Virus record (IMG/VR): IMGVR_UViG_3300025421_000001
Length of the DNA: 64,000 bases
Origin: an uncultured virus (IMG/VR IMGVR_UViG_3300025421_000001)
Taxonomy: Duplodnaviria; Heunggongvirae; Uroviricota; Caudoviricetes
Strand: one strand, 5' to 3'
Below are positions 29,527 to 39,606 of the stretch, in pieces. Made by a program: the position numbers and the translations under genes. The first letter of the stretch is position 1. Each line of letters begins with the position of its first letter. Below the pieces are notes generated by a model. It ran no database searches. It worked only from the letters and a program-made list of their open reading frames with translations, and was not told the origin of the DNA.

Positions 29527-29535
29527 GAATATACT

Positions 29536-29907
29536 ATGCAACCATTTATAGCAAATACATACGTCCAGGGAACAACAATCCAGTTCTTTACCTCAACGCC
29601 ATTTACAGCGCAAGACGGAACTACCATAATTGATCCAGACCAAGTTTACTTTGGCTTTTCCATCAATGGCGGTGCCCCTCAGACCTGGAATTACACCTTT
29701 GGTGTAGGCGACCCTACAGAGACGATTGTCCGCCTTGGGCTTGGAACTTACTGTGCCAGCATTGACACGGACCAGTACGGTGACGGCGTTTGGGTCTACT
29801 CATTCCTGGGTGAACCAGATAATGCTGTAAACCACGATCAGACAAAGACCAAGGTTCGCGCTAATGGCGAGCTTGTGGTCCTAAAATCAGACTTTCCACT
29901 GGGGTAA
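29536..29907 (+). CDS. Hypothetical beta-rich protein (possible virion component)
   Basis: ORF with SD; Ig-like composition. Confidence 0.5.
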   Translation: MQPFIANTYVQGTTIQFFTSTPFTAQDGTTIIDPDQVYFGFSINGGAPQTWNYTFGVGDPTETIVRLGLGTYCASIDTDQYGDGVWVYSFLGEPDNAVNHDQTKTKVRANGELVVLKSDFPLG

Positions 29908-29928
29908 TTACATGCTACAATAAGTAGC

Positions 29929-31170
29929 ATGATATCTATCTTTACACCTAGTCACAATCCACAGTACCTAGACCAAGCTTACGACGGCCTGCTTCGACAA
30001 ACCGTAACGGATTGGGAATGGGTTGTACTTCTTAACGGCAAGGCTGAATGGTCAACAGGCGTTGATGACGAGCGAGTAAAAATTTGCTACGCCAAGCCGC
30101 AACTTGGTGGCAAGGTAGGAGCACTTAAGCGATACGCTGTAGAGCTTTGCACTGGCGATATCCTGCTTGAACTTGATCACGATGACATTCTTATGCCAAC
30201 TGCGTTAGAAGAGCTGCAAGAAGCGTTTGACAAAAATCCAAATGTTTCTTTTGTCTACTCAGACTTTGCACAAATTAATGCAGACGGTACGCCTAACTTC
30301 CAGAAGTTTAATCCAGACTTTGGTTGGGAATATCACGAAGAAGACGGTTATAACGTTTGCCATGGGTTAGAAGCAAGCCCACACAACGTATCTTTTATCT
30401 GGTACGCACCAAATCACCTTCGAGCCTTCACCCGTGAGGCATACAACAAAACAGAAGGTTACAACGAAAACATGAAGGTCCTTGACGACCAGGACATTAT
30501 CCACAAGCTATTTCTTGTTGGTGATTTTGTTCACATCAAGAAGAACCTCTATCTACAACGCGTACATCCAGAAAACACACAATCACAATCAGACATTAAC
30601 CCATTTATTCAAACAGAGACTGTCCGCATGAACGGGCACTCTATTCAACCTGCCCTTCTTGCGTGGTCAAAGCGCAAGGGGCTTCTTGCCCTCGATCTAG
30701 GTGCTGCTCACAACCCAGCACCGGGATACCTCACAATTGACATGCACTCTCCAGCTGATTACATTGGAGATATTTTTGAGGTTCTTGAAACCTTTGAGGA
30801 TAACAGTGTTGGTGTTATTCGTGCTGTTGACTTCCTAGAGCACATCCCGGACAAAATTCGTCTATGGAACGAGATGTATCGCGTACTTGCTCACGGTGGT
30901 ATGGTTTTAAGCCTTACGCCAAGCACAGATGGTCGTGGTGCATATCAAGATCCTACGCACAACAGCTTCTATAACCAGAACTCATTCTGGTATTTTGCCG
31001 ACGAAAACTACCGTAAGTATGTGCCCGAGCTAAAGATGGATTTCCAGATTAGCTTTCTAAGTACCTATTTCCCCAGCGAATGGCACAAAAACAATGACAT
31101 TCCTTATGTAAACGCAAATCTAATTGCGATTAAAGACGGCAATCGTCAAGGCGGACGACGACACGTTTAA
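29929..31170 (+). CDS. GT2 glycosyltransferase fused to a SAM methyltransferase
   Basis: ISIFTPSHN, ELDHDD (DxD); C-terminal LDLGA..DFLEH..YQDPTH. Confidence 0.85.
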   Translation: MISIFTPSHNPQYLDQAYDGLLRQTVTDWEWVVLLNGKAEWSTGVDDERVKICYAKPQLGGKVGALKRYAVELCTGDILLELDHDDILMPTALEELQEAFDKNPNVSFVYSDFAQINADGTPNFQKFNPDFGWEYHEEDGYNVCHGLEASPHNVSFIWYAPNHLRAFTREAYNKTEGYNENMKVLDDQDIIHKLFLVGDFVHIKKNLYLQRVHPENTQSQSDINPFIQTETVRMNGHSIQPALLAWSKRKGLLALDLGAAHNPAPGYLTIDMHSPADYIGDIFEVLETFEDNSVGVIRAVDFLEHIPDKIRLWNEMYRVLAHGGMVLSLTPSTDGRGAYQDPTHNSFYNQNSFWYFADENYRKYVPELKMDFQISFLSTYFPSEWHKNNDIPYVNANLIAIKDGNRQGGRRHV

Positions 31171-31237
31171 AGACTTGAAATAGTAATTACAATGGTGTAA
31201 TATGTATTTGGAGGAACTTTAGAAAGGATGTACTGTT

Positions 31238-31477
31238 GTGGCTAAGCCAGAACTTGATATGTCGGAATTCTTTGATAAAGGCAAAAAGGAATGCATTGCG
31301 GCTCGCCTCATTGCAAAACTGCCTCAAATAGATCAAGACAAGATTGCCCTTGCCCTAGAAGATGTACAGAACATTGACGGTATGTCAATCGTTAGATACA
31401 TGCAAAGGCGAGGAGTTGACGCAAAACACCCAGCTTTAATTCGTCACCGTAAAAAAGAGTGCATCTGTGGCAAGTAA
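31238..31477 (+). CDS. Hypothetical protein
   Basis: ORF with SD; C-terminal RHRKKECIC; upstream TTGAAA-17-TAATAT promoter. Confidence 0.6.
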   Translation: MAKPELDMSEFFDKGKKECIAARLIAKLPQIDQDKIALALEDVQNIDGMSIVRYMQRRGVDAKHPALIRHRKKECICGK

Positions 31478-32462
31478 AAACAAAATAGACCTTAGCGAAT
31501 TCTATAATGACCGAAAAGGTGTTATGGAAGTTGATGGGGAAGACCTTACGGAACTCTGTAAGGCAGTAATGAAAAAGAAGCCAGCAAAGTCAGTCGGACC
31601 TCAGGGCGAGATGGTAATGATGGTTCTTTTAAGTGACTGGCAAGCCGGTAAAAGCGAAGGTGGCGGTAGCGATGCTATTGCTGACCGTATCGTTACCTTT
31701 CAAGACCGACTTATGCAACGTCTTAAAGACCTTAAAAAGATAGGCCGTGAAGTTAACACGGTATACCTAATGGGTCTCGGTGACCTCGTTGAGCAGTGCT
31801 CGGGCTTTTACGAAATGCAAGCTTTCAGCGTTGACCTTGACCGTCGAGAGCAGATGCGACTAGCTCGTCGTCTTGTTCTGCGACAGGTTGACCTATTGGT
31901 TGATGAAGGATACCGAGTTGTATTCGGCGCTGTACCAGGTAACCACGGTGAGAACCGCAATGCCATGGGTAAGGCTTATACAACTTGGACAGACAATGAC
32001 GACCTTGCAATCTTTGATGGTGTTGAAGAAGTTATCTCACACAATCCAGAGCGCTACGCAAACGTCACTACAACCGAAAACAAATTTGATGAAACGCTTA
32101 CACTTACCATTGATGTAGCTGGTGTTATGTGTGGTTTTGCTCACGGACACACTTTCCGCAATGGACAGGGTAAGAACTGTGTTAAGACCAACGGTAGCAT
32201 TGGAAAGATTGAAGGTTGGTGGCAGGGACAAGCAATGGGCATGCTGCCTATTGGACAAGCAAAGATTCTTTTCTGCGGTCACTTGCACCACTTTGTGTCC
32301 TCATCAGCAACAGGGCGACAGGTATTTATGTCTCCGGCAGCTGACGGTGGATCAGGTTGGTTTACTGAAACATCAGGTAAAAGTTGCCCACCAGGCATGC
32401 TTACAATGCTTATTGGTACGCAGTGTGGACCATTTGGTTGGTCTGACCTAGCCATTTTGTAA
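31467..32462 (+). CDS. Metallophosphoesterase / Mre11-like nuclease
   Basis: SDWQ, GD, GNHG, HGH and GHLH motifs. Confidence 0.8.
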   Translation: MASKNKIDLSEFYNDRKGVMEVDGEDLTELCKAVMKKKPAKSVGPQGEMVMMVLLSDWQAGKSEGGGSDAIADRIVTFQDRLMQRLKDLKKIGREVNTVYLMGLGDLVEQCSGFYEMQAFSVDLDRREQMRLARRLVLRQVDLLVDEGYRVVFGAVPGNHGENRNAMGKAYTTWTDNDDLAIFDGVEEVISHNPERYANVTTTENKFDETLTLTIDVAGVMCGFAHGHTFRNGQGKNCVKTNGSIGKIEGWWQGQAMGMLPIGQAKILFCGHLHHFVSSSATGRQVFMSPAADGGSGWFTETSGKSCPPGMLTMLIGTQCGPFGWSDLAIL

Positions 32463-32698
32463 TGACACCAAAGAAGTTTAGGTTGCCCGAAGGGGCAACA
32501 CCTATCAATGAAATGATGGAACGCTATCCAGACTGGGTGTGGCTACCATGCCCAGTCTGTGATGAGCTTGCACACTTTATGGAAGACCGCTACGGAATGC
32601 ACGCTTGGTGCTTTGAATCACCTACGGGTAAAAGAATGATTCCAAAATTGCGTAGGATTGAAAAGGGAACAACAAAGATGTCCCTATTCGAAGAGTAG
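32462..32698 (+). CDS. Small Zn-finger-like protein
   Basis: CPVC...HAWC. Confidence 0.5.
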   Translation: MTPKKFRLPEGATPINEMMERYPDWVWLPCPVCDELAHFMEDRYGMHAWCFESPTGKRMIPKLRRIEKGTTKMSLFEE

Positions 32699-33067
32699 AT
32701 CTTCCCAGGCGTCTTCAACGCTTACGTCGTATTTAAACCACAATCTGCGTTGGTCTGCACTTGATCCGCCCCACACACCATGTTCTATTCGGTTATCAAC
32801 CGCATATTCGTGACATTCTTTTTGCACTGGGCACGTAAAACAAATGTCTATAGCTTCACGCATTAAAGATGATTGACCTTGACCAGGGAAAAAGGTATCC
32901 ATCTTTTCATTTGTGCAAGCAGAGTATTCATAAAACTCTGGTCTTGATCTTTGTAGGGCTATCAGAAAATCTAGTAATTCAAATTCGTTATAAGACAAAT
33001 AGTCCGACACTCTAATCCTTAGGGTTAAAGCCCCCAGCGACATGAAGATGAGAATTAGATAACGCAA
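32684..33067 (-). CDS. whiB: WhiB-family transcription factor (true start may be downstream)
   Basis: AC...FFP...ICFTCPVQKEC...HGVWGG. Confidence 0.9.
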   Translation of the reverse strand: MRYLILIFMSLGALTLRIRVSDYLSYNEFELLDFLIALQRSRPEFYEYSACTNEKMDTFFPGQGQSSLMREAIDICFTCPVQKECHEYAVDNRIEHGVWGGSSADQRRLWFKYDVSVEDAWEDLLFE

Positions 33068-33160
33068 AAGGGCGCTTCGTATCCTTGCAACTCCACCCGC
33101 AGGTGCATGTTGATATGAATTTTCCCTTTACTATTTCAATCTGTACGTAATGTCTAATCA

Positions 33161-33553
33161 CTATTCTTCCCACGACCACTTAATAAATCCTCTTTGTTGT
33201 GCAATCTTTGGATATAATCCTATCATGGTGTGGCAGTAGCGACAGACCGTTTTGTAATTACTTGGATCATCGCCAACAATCTTTCCACCAACAGATCGAG
33301 CTTTTACTTCGTGCACATCAACGGCTACTTCAAAACATTCTTCGTCCCAGTAAATTTGACAAACTGGAAAATTCTTTAACATTTCTTCTACAAAGGGTCT
33401 ACGTTCTTCGTAAATCTTTTTCATTCTATCCGACCTGGGCTTCAGCTTTGTACGAGCTGTAAGCCCATTCTTTGCTTTTAAGGCTGATCTAACGACTAAA
33501 GGGGCTCGCGATACGAGCCCCTTTTTAGTCTGCAATGGTTTGCGTCTTTTCAC
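33161..33553 (-). CDS. HNH endonuclease-like protein
   Basis: CQ..C..DVHE..RS.GG..N..VCRYCH. Confidence 0.7.
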   Translation of the reverse strand: MKRRKPLQTKKGLVSRAPLVVRSALKAKNGLTARTKLKPRSDRMKKIYEERRPFVEEMLKNFPVCQIYWDEECFEVAVDVHEVKARSVGGKIVGDDPSNYKTVCRYCHTMIGLYPKIAQQRGFIKWSWEE

Positions 33554-33708
33554 AGGTAATAATGTACCAGTTGTTCTTCCAGAAGTGCAATCTGGCGATG
33601 TGCTTCCGACAGTTGACTGTGCATCCGTTCGTTCTCTGCGGTTAGTTCCCTAACACGAATAAGAAGTTCTTCGGTGTAGTGAGTCAAAGCGTCATCGTAC
33701 GTAGACAT
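33550..33708 (-). CDS. 52-aa coiled-coil protein (not in ORF track)
   Basis: MSTYDDALTHYTEELL...; overlaps both neighbours' start/stop. Confidence 0.55.
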   Translation of the reverse strand: MSTYDDALTHYTEELLIRVRELTAENERMHSQLSEAHRQIALLEEQLVHYYL

Positions 33709-34076
33709 TATGCTCCTATCTCTCTGTATGAGGCAAGCAGGCTTCTAAAGCCCTCAAGTTGTGCTCGGACTGTAAGCAACGCTTGACGACAAGCATCGTG
33801 CTTTGCTTCCATTGCTGTAAGAGAACGTAGTTCTGCTTTTGTTGCCACCCGAGCGTAATCATCAGCCATGTCAACGGTCAGTTTCCTGCCTTCAACATCA
33901 GCATGCAGCCGCTCTTCAATTCTTGCCTGAGCATAAGCGGTCTTATACCGCTCTTCTGCCTCAGCTTTATCATCACAAATACGTGTGAAGTCTTGCGTCA
34001 GCCTCTCCATAGTGGAGATGGCCGAACGCATGGCTTCTTCAATCTTTGCGTGACTGAGTGGAGCAGAGTTGTTCAT
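33708..34076 (-). CDS. Coiled-coil hypothetical protein
   Basis: ORF within the SSB operon. Confidence 0.65.
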   Translation of the reverse strand: MNNSAPLSHAKIEEAMRSAISTMERLTQDFTRICDDKAEAEERYKTAYAQARIEERLHADVEGRKLTVDMADDYARVATKAELRSLTAMEAKHDACRQALLTVRAQLEGFRSLLASYREIGA

Positions 34077-34471
34077 TAGAAGTTGTCAAAACCCTTTGAT
34101 GAACCTGAACCGCTCATTGCTGATTCCTTCTTTTCGTTACGGGTAATCTTTGCAGTTGCCCAACGAAGATCGGCAGCAACGGTGTCAGCAACGATTTCTC
34201 CTGCTGTACCCTTAGTTCCGTCCTTGCGCTCAAAGTCTTTAAGTGAAAGACGACCAACGATAACTACGCGTGAACCCTTTACAAGACTCTCAGCAATGTT
34301 TGTTGCTACTGAGTCAAAGGCTACAACGTCATAGAAAGATGTTGATTCTGTTCCTGACTTGTCTTTGTATGTGTCAGCAACACCGAAACGAATATAAGCC
34401 AAACCGTCATTAGAAAAACTGAGCTCTGGATCTCGAGTGATGTTACCGATAATTGTAATTGATGTTGACAT
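34076..34471 (-). CDS. ssb: Single-stranded DNA-binding protein
   Basis: IIGNITRDPEL, KGSRVVIVGRL; actinobacterial-type DLRWATAKITR. Confidence 0.92.
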   Translation of the reverse strand: MSTSITIIGNITRDPELSFSNDGLAYIRFGVADTYKDKSGTESTSFYDVVAFDSVATNIAESLVKGSRVVIVGRLSLKDFERKDGTKGTAGEIVADTVAADLRWATAKITRNEKKESAMSGSGSSKGFDNF

Positions 34472-34473
34472 TT

Positions 34474-35136
34474 TTATGCTCCTTGTAGTTCTTTCAGTTT
34501 CTCAATAACAATCTTTGCTTCGTCCATGGTCAAACTCTCCAATGAAGCAACTTTGTTACCAGTTAACTCTTCAATTTTATCAAACATTTGTAAATCATTC
34601 CATTCTAGGCTCTTGTGTGTAATTGCCCAAATGGCCCTAACCTGACTTTCAGTTGCTGACTTTCCACTGCCACCCGATGATCGAGGTGCAGATGCAGCCG
34701 AAGCAACCTTCTGGCTAAGACTTTGTTGAGTTGCATTTGATGCTGGCGTACTTGCTGCAACGCCGTCATCATCAGAGTCTGCAACGAGCCCAAGGCAGGC
34801 CATATAGGCATAGCGACGAGCATACGTCGTAGCCGAACCCTGCGACATTGGATCATCTTTGACCATGTGCAACTTCATAGAGTAGGCCATGTACTGACCA
34901 GACGTGTGTAGTAAATGTGTAATCAATGCATCATTACCATTTTCATCGTATGTAATGAATTGACTAACAGCCAATCCATACTTTGCAAGAACTGGTCCAG
35001 CAGTAGCCACAACATCCGGCAATGCTGCATACGTGCTCTTAAAGAACGGATTAACCGAACCCTTAGGCACGGCAGAAAACTCCGCTTGTGCAGCTACCAA
35101 TGCTGTAACCAATTCGTTAATTGATTCGCTTTGCAT
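34474..35136 (-). CDS. erf: ERF-family ssDNA-annealing protein
   Basis: NPFFKSTYA, QGSATTYARRY, DDDG. Confidence 0.9.
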   Translation of the reverse strand: MQSESINELVTALVAAQAEFSAVPKGSVNPFFKSTYAALPDVVATAGPVLAKYGLAVSQFITYDENGNDALITHLLHTSGQYMAYSMKLHMVKDDPMSQGSATTYARRYAYMACLGLVADSDDDGVAASTPASNATQQSLSQKVASAASAPRSSGGSGKSATESQVRAIWAITHKSLEWNDLQMFDKIEELTGNKVASLESLTMDEAKIVIEKLKELQGA

Positions 35137-35165
35137 AATTATTCCTTTTCTTTGTTTGTTTTGTT

Positions 35166-35194
35166 AGTTTAACGCTTTTAATGTTGCTTGTCAA
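35166..35194 (-). promoter_or_regulatory. Sigma70-type promoter for erf-ssb
   Basis: TTGACA-17 nt-TAAACT on the minus strand. Confidence 0.65.
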
Positions 35195-35197
35195 GAA

Positions 35198-36223
35198 CTA
35201 ATTCTTGATTTCTCTAAGAACCCTAGATCCAGGTCTAAGGCTGGTAAATTGGGCATAAATTTCCGGCATCTGATTCTGAAGCTTTTTAGAATCAAACGTC
35301 TCGGAATCTTTATTGGCCCTGTATGAGAACAATGGTTGACCATCTACGGTGGCGTATTCTGCATCACCGACCAACTCAAGGATTTGCGCACGAAGTCGCT
35401 TTCTTTCCTTTTCTGCCGCCTCAGAATTTTCTTTTGCAAGAGTAAATTCAGCCCAAAGTTCTCTCAGTTCTGATCCACCTTCGTAAACCTTGCCGTCTTT
35501 GTGACGAGGATACATCTTTGATTGTGCGGATTCTGTTGCATCGCTTCCGTCCGTCGCCGGTGGGCTAAGCGTCACAACAGCATCCCAAAACATTGATTCG
35601 GCAGCAACAAGGTTTTCAGCAATGTTTTCGTCCCAATGCATGTTTCTTACTTGAATTCCTTGTCCGCCAATTAACGCACAGAATGTGATCGACTTCACCC
35701 CGGTTACAACGCCGTAGTGATACCCCTGAAGCATGTAGCTCTGAGGAACCTGATTATTTGCCCATGCGCCAGGATTACCCGGGCTAGCAATACCGGCAGT
35801 CTTAACTTCAAGAATACGCTCAATGCCCACTGGTGGCACATCTGATCTCCAATCGGTTACAACACCGGCTGGGAATTGCTCGGAAGGTTTAACAATAAGA
35901 AAGTCAAGGTTGGCAAACATAAAGTTTTTATCTGGATCAGTTGACCAAATAATTACAGGCCATTCAACAACGGCACAATTGTAATCCTTTGCATATTTAT
36001 CAGCAATAGGTCTTTCCAAAATATGACCCCATTCAGTTGCTTCATTGCCTTCAAACGTGCGCTCTACAATGCCAGCCTTTTCTGACCAAAGTGCGTAAGG
36101 AGAGTTGTATTTGTTTACGCCACAGATTGTTCCCGCATCAGAACCACCGATACCGTTCTTACGAAGTTCAAGCCACTCCGACTCTGTTTTATCCCAGACT
36201 GGAACAATCTTTACATTATCCAT
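35198..36223 (-). CDS. YqaJ-like recombination exonuclease
   Basis: WLELRKNGIGGSD, ANLD, LEVKT. Confidence 0.9.
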   Translation of the reverse strand: MDNVKIVPVWDKTESEWLELRKNGIGGSDAGTICGVNKYNSPYALWSEKAGIVERTFEGNEATEWGHILERPIADKYAKDYNCAVVEWPVIIWSTDPDKNFMFANLDFLIVKPSEQFPAGVVTDWRSDVPPVGIERILEVKTAGIASPGNPGAWANNQVPQSYMLQGYHYGVVTGVKSITFCALIGGQGIQVRNMHWDENIAENLVAAESMFWDAVVTLSPPATDGSDATESAQSKMYPRHKDGKVYEGGSELRELWAEFTLAKENSEAAEKERKRLRAQILELVGDAEYATVDGQPLFSYRANKDSETFDSKKLQNQMPEIYAQFTSLRPGSRVLREIKN

Positions 36224-36441
36224 TACTTTGCCCTTAGTGTTCTGGCAACGCCGTCAAGATATTCAATTTTATTTTGTTCACGAAGCGAACGACACTCGGC
36301 GTGAATTGTACCCAACGATAGACCGGTGAGTTCGACAAGATCACGAAAACTCGGGGAGTATTTGTTTTGCTTGGTCCAACCTTTAATGGCTTTAACAATG
36401 TCCATTTGATTTGCTTTTTGTTTATCAATTTTCTTCGGCAT
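36223..36441 (-). CDS. LexA N-terminal-like wHTH DNA-binding protein
   Basis: [18 protein letters not shown]...L....I....ARTL; no peptidase domain. Confidence 0.75.
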   Translation of the reverse strand: MPKKIDKQKANQMDIVKAIKGWTKQNKYSPSFRDLVELTGLSLGTIHAECRSLREQNKIEYLDGVARTLRAK

Positions 36442-37459
36442 CTTCAATCTCCATTTCAAAATCAACTTCATTCACTTTGCTCATTACCTCTTGATAGATA
36501 GATTCGTAAAGTTCTTTCTTCTCTTTCAAGTTTACACAAGCCTTGTCACGTCCTTGGCCAATGTGCTCGCCTTGATAGGTAAGCCATGCTCCGGACTTCT
36601 TGACAACACCAAAGTCAATTGCACAGTCAAGCAGTGCGCCTTCTTTTGGGACGCCTATGCCATACACAAGATCAAACTCTGCCTGTCGGTATGGTGTAGC
36701 AAGTTTGTTCTTAACCACCTTTACTCGGGTGCGGTTAGCAGTTGCGTCGTCACCCTTCTTGATGGTTTGAATGCGTCGAATGTCTAGTCGCACAGATGAA
36801 TAGTAACCAAGTGCACGACCACCGGGGGTGAACTCGGTCGGTCCAAACATCTTGCCAATGGATTCACGAAGCTGGTTGATAAAGATAACCAAAGTGTTGC
36901 TGTCAAATGCCGGTCCGGTCAACTTTCGTAGTGCCTGACCCATCAAACGAGCCTGCAATCCTACGTTAGCCTGACCCATTTCACCCTCTAGTTCTGCCCT
37001 AGGAGTTAATGCCGCTACAGAATCCACAACAATAATGGCAATTTTGCCTGTTTCTGCCAATTTAATCGTAATTTCCAGCCCCTGTTCAGCCGTTGATGGC
37101 TGGGTCAAAAGCAGTTCATCAAGGTTGACTCCTAGTGCCTGTGCATAATTGGGATCCAGGGCGTGCTCAGCGTCCACGTAGGCGCACTGTAAGCCCCTTT
37201 TTTGGGCTTCTGCGATGGCGTGCATAGCCAGGGTACTCTTACCCGAAGAAGGGGGTCCAAAAAACTCTACAATGCGTCCTCTGGGCAGACCACCAGTGCC
37301 CAAAGCTAGGTCTAGAGGTAGAATTCCTGTAGAAATTACCTCTACTGGCTCTACTTCGGCGCTGTTTAACCGTACAATTGTGCCCGGTCCAAAGTTTTTA
37401 TTGATCTCATCTATGACGCTTTCCAGCGTGTTTTCAGTGGTTTTTGCCTGTTTGGCCAT
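36425..37459 (-). CDS. recA: RecA recombinase
   Basis: [36 protein letters not shown]. Confidence 0.97.
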   Translation of the reverse strand: MAKQAKTTENTLESVIDEINKNFGPGTIVRLNSAEVEPVEVISTGILPLDLALGTGGLPRGRIVEFFGPPSSGKSTLAMHAIAEAQKRGLQCAYVDAEHALDPNYAQALGVNLDELLLTQPSTAEQGLEITIKLAETGKIAIIVVDSVAALTPRAELEGEMGQANVGLQARLMGQALRKLTGPAFDSNTLVIFINQLRESIGKMFGPTEFTPGGRALGYYSSVRLDIRRIQTIKKGDDATANRTRVKVVKNKLATPYRQAEFDLVYGIGVPKEGALLDCAIDFGVVKKSGAWLTYQGEHIGQGRDKACVNLKEKKELYESIYQEVMSKVNEVDFEMEIEDAEEN

Positions 37460-37484
37460 ACTGTCCTTTCATGGATTCAAAATC

Positions 37485-37553
37485 ACTATACACGAACCTT
37501 TGTTCACCGTCAAGCACTTACAACTTGACAGATGAACATTTGTGCTGTAGGCT
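37485..37553. promoter_or_regulatory. Divergent promoters (recA leftward, helicase rightward) with SOS-box-like site
   Basis: Minus TTGACG-17-TATAGT (37513-37485); plus TTGACA-17-TAGGCT (37525-37553); CGAAC-CTTT-GTTCA at 37493-37506. Confidence 0.7.
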
Positions 37554-37560
37554 TCGGCCT

Positions 37561-39606
37561 ATGAAAACATACTATGCCCAAAAAAATTATGCAGTAATAA
37601 GGGATGGTTCTATCGTTGTTTACTCTCGATATAGTCAGGCTTTCGTTGAAGATTGCCGTCGAATTGAAGGACGCAAGTGGGATGCAAGCGAGAAAGCAAA
37701 TGTATTTCCCATGTCCTCGGCGATACTTGTTCGAGCTTTAGCCGATAAATGGAATATTGATCTACCAAAGGAGTTAAGGGAAATGCAGGATACGCTTCAA
37801 GAAGATTTACTCAGTGATTTTACAAATATAAATGTTTCTGGTGGTGAAATAGTTATTAATTTTGTTTATGACCCAAGGGTTATTAATTCAATTAGGAACA
37901 TAATTCCCGACGTTAAGTGGGACGCAAAAAGCAGGACGTGGCGTGTTCCTAGGGAGCACGCAGATAAAGTTGCTGTTCTTGCGTCCAGGTTTGGCTTTAC
38001 TGTTTCCAGCGAAATAGATGATGAAATTCAAGATCACATTAACAAATTGGAGGCAATGGTCAGGGCTTCAGAAGCTCTTGAGGGAAGTATTGATGTTCCA
38101 AATATTGCAATAGAACTTCTTCCATATCAACAGGCTGGCGTTTCTTACATGACAAAAGCAAGAAAGGTAATACTTGCAGATCAACCGGGACTTGGTAAAA
38201 CAGCACAAGCACTTGCTGCCGTTGCAACAGAGAGTCGTTATCCAATGGTTGTTGTCTGTCCAAACACTCTTAAGTTGAACTGGCAACGTGAGACAAAAAA
38301 GTTCTTTCCAGGTCTCTCTGTTTCAGTCCTTTATGGGACAAAGAGTGAAGAAATATCAAAATCTGATGTGGTAATTGTTAATTACGACATTCTTTACGAG
38401 CGAACACCAGATTTATTCAAGCACGGATTCAGATCATTGGTCGTTGATGAAGCACATGCAATTAAGAACGGTGAAAAGAAGAATCTTTGCCCTACATGTG
38501 ATAACTCTGTTCGATCAAACGCAAGACGATGCGCCTCATGCAACGAACACTTTGATAAGCCTATTGAAAAGTGGACAGTAAAGCGCACGGATGCTGTAAT
38601 GAAACTTGCTAAATCCCTTAATCATAACGACTTTGTTTTTTTGCTTACTGGAACACCAATAACCAATAGGCCAGAAGAACTTATACCTCAACTTGAGGCT
38701 ATCGGTAGGATTGATGATTTTGGTGGCATTTGGGGTTTTAAAAGTCGTTACGCCCCCAAGAAGAACACCGCAACAAACACAGACGAGTTAAACCGAAAAC
38801 TTCGTTCGTTATGCTTTGTTCGTCGCATGAAGGCAGACGTTTACGGTGATCTTCCACCGCTTCGCAATGCCGTACAGCACCTTGCAATTAATCCAAAGGC
38901 GATTGCAGAATACAAGGTTGTTGAGGCTGACGTTGTTGAGTATTTTGCCACCCGAGCAATGGCTATTGCAGAGGAAGAAGGTAGCGATGGATCGAAAGCG
39001 TATTGGGAAAAGCGTCTTCGATTGGAAAGAAATCAGGGTCTTATAAAAATTACAGCACTTCGCGACGCCGTATCAAAACTCAAATACGACAACATAATCG
39101 CATGGTTAGATAATTTTATTGAATCAAACGACACCGAAAAAGTTATTGTATTTGCGGAGCACATTGAACTTGTAGAAAGGCTTTATGAACGATACAAGGA
39201 CATTGCCGTAAAGGTTCGTGGCGGTGTTTCTACTGATGACCGCATGGCCTCAGTTGATTCATTTCAAAACGATCCAAATTGCAGAATGTTTATTGGTAAC
39301 ATGCAGGCAACGTCAGAGGGTTTAACACTTACCGCTGCGTCTGATGTAGTCTTTTGCGAACTAGGATGGACACCGGCTATTCACGAACAATGCGTTAGTC
39401 GTTGCTACGGTCGCACAAACGACATGCACGGTGCGACAGCTTGGTATTTGCTTGCGCCAGACACTATTGACGAGTATGTTTATAATCTGCTTGAAAAGAA
39501 AAAGCGCGTTGTTGACGCTGTTACAAACGGCGAAGAAGGCGTTCAAAACACGAGCATTGTTGGCGATCTTGCTGTATATTTGGCGGAGAAAGGAATGGGC
39601 GAATAA
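37561..39606 (+). CDS. SNF2/SMARCAL1-like helicase
   Basis: LADQPGLGKT, VDEAH, LTGTP, EGLTLT; HARP-like N-terminal repeats. Confidence 0.9.
   Translation: MKTYYAQKNYAVIRDGSIVVYSRYSQAFVEDCRRIEGRKWDASEKANVFPMSSAILVRALADKWNIDLPKELREMQDTLQEDLLSDFTNINVSGGEIVINFVYDPRVINSIRNIIPDVKWDAKSRTWRVPREHADKVAVLASRFGFTVSSEIDDEIQDHINKLEAMVRASEALEGSIDVPNIAIELLPYQQAGVSYMTKARKVILADQPGLGKTAQALAAVATESRYPMVVVCPNTLKLNWQRETKKFFPGLSVSVLYGTKSEEISKSDVVIVNYDILYERTPDLFKHGFRSLVVDEAHAIKNGEKKNLCPTCDNSVRSNARRCASCNEHFDKPIEKWTVKRTDAVMKLAKSLNHNDFVFLLTGTPITNRPEELIPQLEAIGRIDDFGGIWGFKSRYAPKKNTATNTDELNRKLRSLCFVRRMKADVYGDLPPLRNAVQHLAINPKAIAEYKVVEADVVEYFATRAMAIAEEEGSDGSKAYWEKRLRLERNQGLIKITALRDAVSKLKYDNIIAWLDNFIESNDTEKVIVFAEHIELVERLYERYKDIAVKVRGGVSTDDRMASVDSFQNDPNCRMFIGNMQATSEGLTLTAASDVVFCELGWTPAIHEQCVSRCYGRTNDMHGATAWYLLAPDTIDEYVYNLLEKKKRVVDAVTNGEEGVQNTSIVGDLAVYLAEKGMGE

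Noticed and set aside
37444..37560. N-terminal extension of the SNF2 helicase in the ORF track
   Set aside because: It overlaps the recA start and both promoters; ATG 37561 fits a leaderless start
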